Positions 1-8,774 are shown, counted from the stretch's first letter. The stretch: 64,000 bases of DNA from Candidatus Eremiobacteria bacterium (GCA_963758295.1 CAVWUU010000006.1:97779-161778), one strand, 5' to 3'. The notes: generated from the sequence alone by a model not told the origin. Program-made: numbers and translations.

Positions 1-139
1 GCCGCCCGCCGGCGGTTCCGTTTTCCGTAGAAACCTTGGTGCACCCGGCGAGAAAAGCGCCGAGTGCAACAAGGGCGAAAATCCGTTTCACGAAGCCAAT
101 AGCCTCCGCAGCAATATGGGCAAAGTCTGCCCTACATTG

Positions 140-2188
140 TCAAACGGCGGCTTTCGGTCCTACCCGGTTCGCCGGAACGGGATCGTAACGTTCGTGGCGC
201 CGGCTGAAAGTCGCGAGGCCTTGCGTCGCCGTCCGCAATTCGGTTATGTAGCGGGAGAGTTCAACCTGTGGTACGTCGGCCTCCACCACATCGTAACCGG
301 CACGATCTGCGGGGTTCATGCCCAGGATCTGGCCGCGCTTCCCGGTGAGTTGCTGGATCACGGATGAGGTGAGCGTGGCCGGAACCGTTACGGTTACACG
401 CGAGATCGGTTCCAGCACCGTCGGACGGCACTTCGGAAGCGCATCACGTACGCCCATGCCGGCCGCGGTTTTGAAGGCCTGTTCGCTCGAGTCGACGTCG
501 TGATACTGGCCGTCATAAAGTGTCACATGGAGGTCCGTCACGGGAAAGCCGCTCGGTCCATGGAGCAGTGCTTCGCGAACGCCTTTTTCGACCGCCGGGA
601 TGAATTGCCGCGGAACGACGCCTCCCACGATCTGCTCGCCGAATGTCGCGCCGGAACCGCGCTCGCTCGGCTCAAACCGCAGCCAAACATCGCCGAATTG
701 CCCGTGGCCGCCCGTTTGGTGTTTGTATCGCGAGTGAACTTCCGTTCCGGTTCCGATGGTTTCGAGGTATGGAATCTGCGGAGGCGCAGTTTCCACTTCG
801 ACTTTGTACTTACGGCTTAGGCGTTCGACCGCGATCGCGACGTGTTGCTCGCCGCCGCCCAATAACAAAAATTCATTGGTGACGTCGGCTCGTGCCAGGC
901 GCAGCGCCGGATCTTCCTCAATGATGCGTGCAAGCATCGCGAAGATCTTTGCTTCGTCGATACGTTCTTTCGGCTTGATAGCGATTGCGAAGACCGGTTC
1001 ATCTAGCGAGACGCGCGGCAACAGCACTTTATGTCCGTTGCTCGTCAGCGTATCGCCCGTCTTCACCGGTTCCAGGCGCGCGATCGCCACGATGGAGCCG
1101 GGACCGGCTTCGGAAATCGTTTCTTGTTTTTTTCCTTGCAGACGATAAAGGCCGCCCGAACGCACCTTTTCGTTGCCTTGCGTGATATCGGTAAGGGTGG
1201 AATCTGCTTTGATCGTCCCCGAAAGCACGCGCACGACGGAAAGCTTGCCCGATTGCGGGTGGATCGTCGTCTTGATGACTTGCGCGACGACGTGGCCCTG
1301 CGCATCTGCGGCAATCGGACGCCCTTCGGCATCCACCACGTTCGCGTCGGCCGGCGAGGGGAACCAGCGTTCCATCGCATGCACGAGACCGGCTATGCCC
1401 GCCCCGGTCGATCCGGCGGCCGCTAGTACCGGAACGATCTGATCGTGCGAACACTCGTCGCACAGATCGCGTTCCACCTCGTCCGCCGGCGGCTCCACGC
1501 CTTCCAGCAGCTCTTCCATCAGGTGGTCGTCGAAATCGGCCATCGCTTCAAGAAATTCGTTGCGTGCAAGGTGCGCGCGCGCGGAAACGTGTTCGGGAAT
1601 CTCGCCGCTTCGTTCACCGCTTTCAAAGTTGTGCGTCGTCATTTGCGCGAGATCGACGTAACCGGCAAAGGCTCCGTCTTCGCTGCCGTGACGCGTGGCG
1701 AACGGCCATTCGACCGCGACGACGTGACGCCCGAATAAAGCTTGAAGTGCGGCCAGCGTCCGTTCGAAGTCGGCGCCGGGACGATCGAGCTTATTGACCA
1801 CGAAGCAATGCGGCATGCGCCGCGCTTCAAGATAGTCAACGAGGAGCTGCGTTTGTGCTGCGCGATTGGGGTCGGCTTCCACCACGATGACGGCGGCGTC
1901 GGCGCCCGCAAGCGCCAATTTCGCCTCTTCGAAAAAATCGATGAAGCCGGGGCAGTCGATAATCGTGAGCTCGACGTCGTCGCATGCGCAATGCGCAAAA
2001 CCGACGGTCGTCGATTGAAGATGAGCGGTGTCTTCGGGCTCGTGGTCGGTGACGGTGGTGCCGTCCGCAATGGAACCGCGCCTGGGGATCGCGCCGCAAT
2101 GCGCGAGAACGGCCTCGACCAGTGTGGTTTTGCCCGCATGATGCGGGCCGACGAAAGCGATATTGCGAAGGCGAGCGATGTCCGCCAT
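140..2188 (-). CDS. fusA: Elongation factor G-like protein (EF-G2/FusA2-type paralogue)
   Basis: G-domain motifs GPHHAGKTT, DCPGFIDF and NKLD; domain IV motifs KHQTGGHGQFGDV and YHDVDSSE; ~680 aa. Start taken at ATG 2188 (MADIARLRN). Confidence 0.9.
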   Translation of the reverse strand: MADIARLRNIAFVGPHHAGKTTLVEAVLAHCGAIPRRGSIADGTTVTDHEPEDTAHLQSTTVGFAHCACDDVELTIIDCPGFIDFFEEAKLALAGADAAVIVVEADPNRAAQTQLLVDYLEARRMPHCFVVNKLDRPGADFERTLAALQALFGRHVVAVEWPFATRHGSEDGAFAGYVDLAQMTTHNFESGERSGEIPEHVSARAHLARNEFLEAMADFDDHLMEELLEGVEPPADEVERDLCDECSHDQIVPVLAAAGSTGAGIAGLVHAMERWFPSPADANVVDAEGRPIAADAQGHVVAQVIKTTIHPQSGKLSVVRVLSGTIKADSTLTDITQGNEKVRSGGLYRLQGKKQETISEAGPGSIVAIARLEPVKTGDTLTSNGHKVLLPRVSLDEPVFAIAIKPKERIDEAKIFAMLARIIEEDPALRLARADVTNEFLLLGGGEQHVAIAVERLSRKYKVEVETAPPQIPYLETIGTGTEVHSRYKHQTGGHGQFGDVWLRFEPSERGSGATFGEQIVGGVVPRQFIPAVEKGVREALLHGPSGFPVTDLHVTLYDGQYHDVDSSEQAFKTAAGMGVRDALPKCRPTVLEPISRVTVTVPATLTSSVIQQLTGKRGQILGMNPADRAGYDVVEADVPQVELSRYITELRTATQGLATFSRRHERYDPVPANRVGPKAAV

Positions 2189-2249
2189 TCCACGCTCCAA
2201 AATCTGCTGAAGAAGCCCGGGCGCACACGTTCGGCTTCCCGGGCTCTCG

Positions 2250-4169
2250 TCAGCGACGTTTAGTTGTCGATTTCTTTTTCGTCGTCGTTCCTTTAGATGA
2301 CGGCTTCGAGGCTTTCTTTACCGGCCTCGATGCGACGGCTTTTTTCGCCGCCGTTGGTTTTGCAGCACTCTTTGCTGCCGGTTTCTTCGCTTTCGGCGCA
2401 GCCTTCGTTGCTGTCTTCTTGGCCGGCGCCTTCTTGCTTGTGCTCGCAGCTTTCTTCGGCGCGAGTTTCTTCGCTGCGGGTTTTGCAGCGTTCGTCTTTC
2501 CCGCCGGCTTTGCCGCTGGTTTTGCGGCGCTCTTTTTTGCGGCCGGTTTTGCGGCCGGTTTTGCGGCCGGTTTTGCGGCGACGGTCTTTTTCGCCGTCGC
2601 GGCTTTTACCGGCGCTTTAGCGACGGGTGCTTTACGGGCGGGCGCAGCTTTTGCTGCGGCAGCCTTTACCGGAGCTTTTGCCGCGGGCGCCTTAGCAGCG
2701 GCCGGCGCTTTAACAACGGCGTGGACCTTGTCTGCAGCCGGGGGTTTTACGGCCGCCGCCGCTTTTGCGGCAGCCGGTTTTTCGGCCGTTTTTTTCGCCG
2801 GTTTTTCGGCAACCGGTTCTGGTTGGGGTTCCCGCGCCGGTGCAGCCGCAGGCTTTGCAGACGCTGGGCGGCGTTTGGTTTTTTTTGCGGTGTCGGGCTG
2901 CGGCGTTTGTTCTTGCTCGGATTCGTCTTTGGCTTGAGCGGCTTGTTCTTTCGCCGCAGCGGAAGATGCCGCGGACGCGGCCGAACGTCGCGACGTGCTC
3001 TTGGCCGGCGCCTCCTCCGCTTCCGGAGTTTTCGTCGTGCGCGCCGGGCTGCTCGCACGTTTCTTCGGACTCGTGTCGCGTCGCGTCTTCGGTGCCTCGT
3101 CGGGGGAGCGTTCCGGTTCCTCAGGCAACCCCAGTTCCGCGCGGCTCAAACCGCTGATACTGCTGCCCGGCTGGACCGGCTCTTGCGTCTTCTGCTGTTT
3201 TTCGATGTGTTCTTTAGTGGCGCGGAGCGCAACGCGCGCGAGCCGGCCGCCAACCGGGAAGACGATCTCGTTGACGTCGCAGTCGTCGAGCATCTGCAGC
3301 ACGACGTCGAAGGCCGCGCCTTGGTCTTTCGGGCTGTGCGCGGCCGATCCAACGGCAATCGGAACGTTTTTTGCCTTCGCTTTGCGCATCAGACGTTTGT
3401 TGACGTCGATGAAGCGCCGGCGCTGCTCGTCGGGAAGATCGCGATAAAGCTCCCGAGTGCAGACTTCGATGGCCATGCCGCGCGCAAGCACGGCTTCCAG
3501 CATGCGGTCTTCGTACTGCTGAAGTTTTGCATCGTCCGGCCAGTGCCCGAACGTCGCCGGGCGATAGAAATTGCCGACGATGTGTCCCGGGAGTTTTTCG
3601 ACGTCGTCTACGAGACGTTCGATGTAAAGTTCCCATACGCGCTCAGCGCCGACGGCTTCGAAGAAATGGGCGAACTCGGGATTGTCAAATGCCCACGCGT
3701 ACTCGCCGCCCTTTTCCGGGTGGTCGATCGTGATGAACTTGACCGAGCGGATCATGCCGTCGGGGCGCATCGCGTCGACGATATTTTGCGCGTCTGGTCT
3801 TGCGCGAGGATCGTTGTCGACCTCGGCGCCGATCGAATACCGCATGCCGCGGCGCAGGCCTTCGCCCACGACGGCCGCATGCGCGACATCTACGCCAGCG
3901 GTTTCCGCCGCACCGTACAAGTCGCCGGCATGCGCAAGCTTCAGCGCGCGGCGAACGGTGTTCACAGCTCCCGGATCTTCGAACGTGAGGTAGTTGACGT
4001 GGTCCGAGACCATCAGAAAGCGAGGCGAATTCCGCCGGCATGCATGATAGAACCAGAGGAAGAGCATGCGCGCGGAGTACGCGATGGGCCGCTCCTCGGT
4101 GAACGGTCTGTGCTCGCCTTTGGCATGACCGTGGATGTCGGGGATGGCCGCGATACGTGGGTCGCTCAG
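2250..4169 (-). CDS. PHP-domain protein (degenerate metal site) fused to a long Lys/Ala/Pro-rich histone-H1/AlgP-like tail
   Basis: DIHGH, SDH, GAEVD and GSAAHSP PHP-like motifs in the first ~315 aa, then low-complexity KPAA/PAKK repeats. Start inferred at CTG 4169 overlapping the upstream TGA. Confidence 0.8.
   Translation of the reverse strand: MSDPRIAAIPDIHGHAKGEHRPFTEERPIAYSARMLFLWFYHACRRNSPRFLMVSDHVNYLTFEDPGAVNTVRRALKLAHAGDLYGAAETAGVDVAHAAVVGEGLRRGMRYSIGAEVDNDPRARPDAQNIVDAMRPDGMIRSVKFITIDHPEKGGEYAWAFDNPEFAHFFEAVGAERVWELYIERLVDDVEKLPGHIVGNFYRPATFGHWPDDAKLQQYEDRMLEAVLARGMAIEVCTRELYRDLPDEQRRRFIDVNKRLMRKAKAKNVPIAVGSAAHSPKDQGAAFDVVLQMLDDCDVNEIVFPVGGRLARVALRATKEHIEKQQKTQEPVQPGSSISGLSRAELGLPEEPERSPDEAPKTRRDTSPKKRASSPARTTKTPEAEEAPAKSTSRRSAASAASSAAAKEQAAQAKDESEQEQTPQPDTAKKTKRRPASAKPAAAPAREPQPEPVAEKPAKKTAEKPAAAKAAAAVKPPAADKVHAVVKAPAAAKAPAAKAPVKAAAAKAAPARKAPVAKAPVKAATAKKTVAAKPAAKPAAKPAAKKSAAKPAAKPAGKTNAAKPAAKKLAPKKAASTSKKAPAKKTATKAAPKAKKPAAKSAAKPTAAKKAVASRPVKKASKPSSKGTTTKKKSTTKRR
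2535..2579. repeat. 12-bp tandem repeat (TTTTGCGGCCGG x3 plus a partial copy) encoding PAAK/KPAA units
   Basis: Read directly in the sequence; lies inside the H1-like tail. Confidence 0.9.
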
Positions 4170-4873
4170 CGTTCTACTTCCTTTACACCGCGGGGAATCC
4201 ACATCGAACGGCCCTTTTCTTGCGCTCGTTTCGCTTCGGGCGTCCGTTGCTCGACCCACGGTACGATGGTTTCCAGTAAAATTTCGATCCCTCGTTTCAT
4301 CGTGTCAAGCGACATCGAGGGAGCAGATTGCGCGCCTGCCGTGATGGCTTGCGCGGGCAGATACGGCAAATGCACTAAGCCGGCAACGACCGGCGAATGC
4401 GATTGATCGTTTAGCGCCAGGGTTTCGTACAGCACTTGATTACCGACGAACGTGCCTGCCGCGTTGGAAACGTACCCCGGAACGGCGTTTGCGTTCCACG
4501 CTTCGACGATCCGATCGAAAGGCAGATTCGAAAGACGCGCTTCCGGCCCGCCGCGTGCGATCGCGTCGTTTTTACGCATAACGCCGACGTTATCGGGCGT
4601 GTCGAAATCCAGGAGGTTAACGGCGATGCGTTCGAGCGAAAGCGCCGGACGGCCGCCCATCTGCGACAAGCAAACCACGACGTCGGGATTTTCCTGGACC
4701 AGCGCTTGTTCCATCCGTTCCCGGATGTTGCGCGTTTCCACCGGAAAGATCCTAACAGCAACGGACCGCCCGGAGATCATAGAGTTCTCCAGACTGCGCG
4801 CGACCATCTCGCTCGGATTTATCTTCTCGCCACCGAATGGTTCGAACCCGGTGATCAGGACGTGCTTTGCCAC
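4166..4873 (-). CDS. pcp: Pyroglutamyl-peptidase I (C15) family protein, catalytic Cys replaced by Gly
   Basis: VLITGFEPFGGEKINPS N-terminus, SLERIAVN, AGTFVGN (family normally AGxxVCN), VHLPY. GTG start at 4873. Confidence 0.85.
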   Translation of the reverse strand: MAKHVLITGFEPFGGEKINPSEMVARSLENSMISGRSVAVRIFPVETRNIRERMEQALVQENPDVVVCLSQMGGRPALSLERIAVNLLDFDTPDNVGVMRKNDAIARGGPEARLSNLPFDRIVEAWNANAVPGYVSNAAGTFVGNQVLYETLALNDQSHSPVVAGLVHLPYLPAQAITAGAQSAPSMSLDTMKRGIEILLETIVPWVEQRTPEAKRAQEKGRSMWIPRGVKEVER

Positions 4874-4902
4874 CTTCTTTAAGGTTGGCTCTTGCGCACG
4901 GG

Positions 4903-5643
4903 CTACCTCTCGGGTTGGTAACCTTCCATGCGTAGGATTCGCGCCTTCATCTCGATGCCGTAGCCGTAGTTGTGCAGATCGCCCGCGGAATCTACCACGC
5001 GGTGGCATGGAAACAAGAGTGGAAGCGGATTGCGCGCCATCACTTGGCCGACCGCACGCGCGGCGCGGGGGCGGCCCATTTGCGTCGCAACCCAGGAATA
5101 GGATCGGACTTCTCCCGGCGGAATCTCGGCTGCCGCTCGCAACGCCGCCTGCTCGAACGGGGTGAGGTCGCTGATGTCGACCTTCTTGTCATCGACGCGC
5201 CAGGTTTTGAAAAATTCATCGAGGGTCGCCTTGAGCCACGCGGGCGGCTCGCCGGCTTGAACGCTTCGCCGCAGCCGGGTTTCGACGCGCTCGCGAACCC
5301 GTTCGAACGGCTCCCCGGTGTCGATGCCGATGTACGCGATGCGGTTCTCTTTGAAGCCGACGTAAAGCCGGCCGACCGGCGTCTCGACCGATGTGAGCGC
5401 AATCGGCGTCGGACGTTCTTTGTATTTGGTTTGCGCGATGTGTTGTACCACGCGTTTGGCCAAGTCGCACGACGGCTCAGGCTTCGGCAGGCACGAGAGG
5501 CAATAAGCGACTCCCTCGTACTGTTCGTAAAGCTCTTGGCACGGCGGGCACGTGCGCAGATGCGTTTCGACGGCGTCCTTTACCGACCGCTGGCACTCGC
5601 CGCGGATTTCGTCCCACAGCGATTCGACGTCACGACAACGCAT
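4903..5643 (-). CDS. ogt: Zinc-finger anti-sigma (zf-HC2/ZAS) domain fused to methylated-DNA-protein-cysteine methyltransferase
   Basis: N-terminal C3-x24-H28-x3-C32-x2-C35; C-terminal IPPGEVRSY, RAVGQVMARNP and PCHRV active-site motif. Confidence 0.9.
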   Translation of the reverse strand: MRCRDVESLWDEIRGECQRSVKDAVETHLRTCPPCQELYEQYEGVAYCLSCLPKPEPSCDLAKRVVQHIAQTKYKERPTPIALTSVETPVGRLYVGFKENRIAYIGIDTGEPFERVRERVETRLRRSVQAGEPPAWLKATLDEFFKTWRVDDKKVDISDLTPFEQAALRAAAEIPPGEVRSYSWVATQMGRPRAARAVGQVMARNPLPLLFPCHRVVDSAGDLHNYGYGIEMKARILRMEGYQPER

Positions 5644-6298
5644 GAACGGAGGCTCCTTCAGAGGGAATTCGACCAATTTGCGGCCCGAGAATTTTCCGCA
5701 GAATGCGCACGGCGCGATGCACGTGCGACTTCACCGTGCCGATTGGCTGGTGAAGGATCTCGGCGATTTCCGGATGGCTGCGACCTTCGATGAAGCGCAG
5801 TGTTGCTGCGGCGCGAAGGTGCATCGGAAGTTGTAAGAGCGCCCGTTCGACGAGCGCGACCTCGGCGTTCTGCTCGACGATGGTTTCCGGGCGAGCCGGC
5901 CCTTCTTGCGTCTCGCGAAGCAGCGCGTCGGGATCGGCGAGTGAGTCGAGGGCGACGCTCGTCGGACGTTTGCTGCGCAGGCGGTTGCGAGTAACGTTCA
6001 ACGTGATGGTGTATAGCCATGGTTGGAGCCGCAGCTCACGCCGCTGTTCCTCGGACATTTTGCCGAGCGCGCGATAGGCGCGTACGAATGAATCTTGGAC
6101 GATCTCTTCGGCGTCTTCGCGATTGCCCGTCATACGCAAAGCAAATCCGTAGAGGCGACGCTGATAGTCGTCTACGATTGTGTCGAAGTTGTCCGGTGCA
6201 GGTACCGGCTTGCCTTCTGCCCGTTCTGACGAGGGCTTCGGCTGCTGGACCGTAGGTGGCACGAATACTCCCTGGAGGAGTGGTGCGAGCGCGCTCAT
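5630..6298 (-). CDS. ECF-family RNA polymerase sigma factor
   Basis: Region 2 DAEEIVQDSFVRAY..WLYTI..N; region 4 EIAEILHQPIGTVKSHVHRA. Overlaps the next gene by 14 nt. Confidence 0.93.
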   Translation of the reverse strand: MSALAPLLQGVFVPPTVQQPKPSSERAEGKPVPAPDNFDTIVDDYQRRLYGFALRMTGNREDAEEIVQDSFVRAYRALGKMSEEQRRELRLQPWLYTITLNVTRNRLRSKRPTSVALDSLADPDALLRETQEGPARPETIVEQNAEVALVERALLQLPMHLRAAATLRFIEGRSHPEIAEILHQPIGTVKSHVHRAVRILRKILGPQIGRIPSEGASVHALS

Positions 6299-6334
6299 AC
6301 GTGGACTCAGGACCGCTCCTCGATACCGCGAGGT

Positions 6335-6358
6335 TTCACGCCCGGGCGATAATCTCCT
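6335..6358 (-). promoter_or_regulatory. Putative sigma-H-like promoter AGGA-N17-GAA upstream of the ECF gene
   Basis: Same bipartite motif as found before many other genes in this window. Confidence 0.4.
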
Positions 6359-6515
6359 CAGCCTTTTATTTACCCTCGATGTTGCGAGAAGGGTCTCCTT
6401 GCGCGCGGTCGAGAACCCTCATTCATGGTACAGGAATTGCCGCACGCACCATCTTTGAACCGCCGTTGATCGCGCTCGCGACACGGCGGTTTTCATTTGC
6501 GGCAAGGAAAGTTTT

Positions 6516-6923
6516 ATGAGGTTAAAGCTTATGCAGCAAGCGATCGAACCGACGGAGATTTCATTCGACGCGTTTACGATGTGCAGCTTTCAGCCCGATC
6601 TCGGCTCGGCTCGGGCCGTCCCGATCGTGCTCATCGGATACCGCAAGAACGAAGATCCGTGGTTCGTCTGGCTGGTTCCCAAGGAAGGGATCAGCACGTC
6701 CGGACTAACCGACGATCCCTATTACGCCAAAGTGTTGCACGACCCACATTCGTATTTCACGAAAAAGCTTTCGAAATACATCGAGGAAACGGGTTGCGTA
6801 AAGCGCGGGATCGAAATGTTGATCGATTACCATCAAAGCCATCTCGCGTTTACGCCGCTAACGATTCTCGGCGAGATGCCGTTCAGGCACCGCCTCGAGG
6901 TCGAGCTGGTCGGAGCGTGTTGA
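6516..6923 (+). CDS. Hypothetical protein (135 aa)
   Basis: ATG preceded by AAGGAAAG; fills the gap between opposite-strand genes; no recognisable motif. Confidence 0.7.
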   Translation: MRLKLMQQAIEPTEISFDAFTMCSFQPDLGSARAVPIVLIGYRKNEDPWFVWLVPKEGISTSGLTDDPYYAKVLHDPHSYFTKKLSKYIEETGCVKRGIEMLIDYHQSHLAFTPLTILGEMPFRHRLEVELVGAC

Positions 6924-6969
6924 AGCTCCTGTTATAAGCAGTTTTGAAAGTAGAATCGCCGTGAAATGC

Positions 6970-7725
6970 TCACGGCGATTTTGCTTCGTTCCAACTTGGT
7001 GCCGAATCGTCGGCGCGTATCGTGCGTTTGTACACAATGCGTACCGGGACCGCCGTCGTTTGGTTGACGAGCTTGCCGGTAATCGTCAAGGTGGCGTTCA
7101 GGGCGAGCAGGAGCGCGCCTTGCGTAGCGTAGTAGGCAGCGCCGTCCATGCGAATCCGGCCATTGATAGCCGCCTCGGGATGTTGCGGGAGACCGCCCGC
7201 CATTGGTCCTTCGGCTTCGAATCGAACGCCGACGGCGGGCTCGCCGTTGATGCGTCCGGCTCGTTCGGGCCGCAAGAATCCATGCAGCGTCGAACCGCCG
7301 AGCGGCGACTCCGCCTGGAACGGGATCGCATGACGCATCGTGCGCAAATCGCGCATGGTCGTCGCGTCGAGCTGCACCGCAAACGGCTGATTCAGGACCG
7401 TTAAGAAATCCGGATCTTCGTCGCTGCGATCTTGGAACGTCCCATCGCCGGTTAAATCCTGGACGAAACGGGCATGAACGCTTGCCTTGCCGGTTTCGTC
7501 GCGACGCGTGTAATTCGCCTCGGCCGTATAACGGCGATCTTTTCCCGTCTGCTCGACCGTCAGGCGTTGGGAACCGTTATACGCGATCGTCGTGTTCGGC
7601 AGCGTGGTGCCGACGCGATACGTATCGTTTCCGGTGACGTCGTATTTTTGCTGATTTTGTGCAGAAGTCGCCGCCATCAGTACGAGGGCGGCTACCAGCA
7701 GTGCGCTTTGAACCCGGGGCGGCAT
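6970..7725 (-). CDS. Hypothetical secreted protein
   Basis: Signal-peptide-like N-terminus and beta-rich body; GGAG upstream of ATG. Confidence 0.75.
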   Translation of the reverse strand: MPPRVQSALLVAALVLMAATSAQNQQKYDVTGNDTYRVGTTLPNTTIAYNGSQRLTVEQTGKDRRYTAEANYTRRDETGKASVHARFVQDLTGDGTFQDRSDEDPDFLTVLNQPFAVQLDATTMRDLRTMRHAIPFQAESPLGGSTLHGFLRPERAGRINGEPAVGVRFEAEGPMAGGLPQHPEAAINGRIRMDGAAYYATQGALLLALNATLTITGKLVNQTTAVPVRIVYKRTIRADDSAPSWNEAKSP

Positions 7726-7739
7726 CTACTCCTACACTA

Positions 7740-8432
7740 TCACTCGCCGCAAGTCCGTTTCGCTTTACGGCCTGCCGCATCTAGATAAACAAGTGCGGTT
7801 AGTGCCGAAAGCGGCGGCACTAATAGTATACCCAGCGGCACCTGCGCCCAAAACGACGCAAGGTGCATGTGCTGAGCTTTAAAGTGTTGCTCCAAAACGG
7901 TCGTAGGGTAAAACGGGAACATTTGTAGCGCGGTCAAGACAAAGCTTCGCGCAATGTTGTCCAAGCCGTTCCATGCCATGAACGTGCTTCGCCCGATCGA
8001 TCGAATCAACAAGAGCGGATCCATCGGGTCTTCCAACACCACGTAGACGTCGGCGTAGACAAGGCTGACGGCGACTGCAAATAAGGCGACTCCGGTGAAG
8101 ACATCGCGCAACTGGAACGCATCGAATCCAAACGACACGCCCGTCCCGGCGATAAAATCTACCAGCATGACGAGCCACCATCGCCGCAAAGCCCGCTGCA
8201 GTGGATTCGTTAGAAGGCCTTGGTCGTGCCCCACGAACGCGTAGGTCAGCGCCGTGACGAGCGGCGGGAACACAAACTGCACCAGAATCAGCATCGTCGT
8301 GGTGGGCGAAGCAAAATAGCACGCGCTTTGCAGCGCGAACGCTCCTATGCAGAATAAGGCGTACTGCCACCAGCGCTGCGCGAGGAGCCGGAGAGCCAGT
8401 CCGGCGAGAACGAAGAACGAGGTGCGCGCCAA
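7740..8432 (-). CDS. Hypothetical multi-pass membrane protein
   Basis: About six hydrophobic segments; TTG start chosen just after the upstream stop (uncertain). Confidence 0.7.
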   Translation of the reverse strand: MARTSFFVLAGLALRLLAQRWWQYALFCIGAFALQSACYFASPTTTMLILVQFVFPPLVTALTYAFVGHDQGLLTNPLQRALRRWWLVMLVDFIAGTGVSFGFDAFQLRDVFTGVALFAVAVSLVYADVYVVLEDPMDPLLLIRSIGRSTFMAWNGLDNIARSFVLTALQMFPFYPTTVLEQHFKAQHMHLASFWAQVPLGILLVPPLSALTALVYLDAAGRKAKRTCGE

Positions 8433-8443
8433 TGGTTGCGGGG

Positions 8444-8764
8444 CTACTGCTGGAACTCTAGTCCGGCGCGCCGCCGGCGGCCAACGTAGAATCGTACGTC
8501 CGCGGTTCCTTCGCACATGACCACCGCATCGGCGTCCACAAAGTGCCGGCCGTTGATGTCCACCGTAAAATCGCCGGAAGCAAGACCGGCGAGCGTGCGA
8601 TGCATACTGCGCTGAAACTTATCGTGCGGAGCTCGGGCTCCGATGGCTTCGCGTACGGCCAGCGCGACGAGCTGGCGAACGCGAAGCGGCGTCGCGAGCG
8701 CAAACGCGACCGAGCCGCCTGCGGCGACTGCGTGTAGATCGAGCGGTACGCGAACGCGAATCAC
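8444..8764 (-). CDS. Hypothetical protein (~106 aa)
   Basis: ORF from GTG 8764 (VIRVRVPLDL), preceded by the AGGC-N18-TAA motif. Confidence 0.6.
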   Translation of the reverse strand: MIRVRVPLDLHAVAAGGSVAFALATPLRVRQLVALAVREAIGARAPHDKFQRSMHRTLAGLASGDFTVDINGRHFVDADAVVMCEGTADVRFYVGRRRRAGLEFQQ

Positions 8765-8774
8765 ACCACATCTT

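Noticed and set aside
2122..4406. Long plus-strand ORFs (271 aa FAAGFAA-rich; 561 aa)
   Set aside because: Antisense shadows of the KPAA-rich PHP gene in GC-rich DNA.
6311..6340. TGAAAC...GGTC as an autoregulatory ECF promoter
   Set aside because: The spacing from AAC to TC is 20 nt, longer than typical ECF promoters; the GAA fits better as the -10 of the AGGA-N17-GAA motif.
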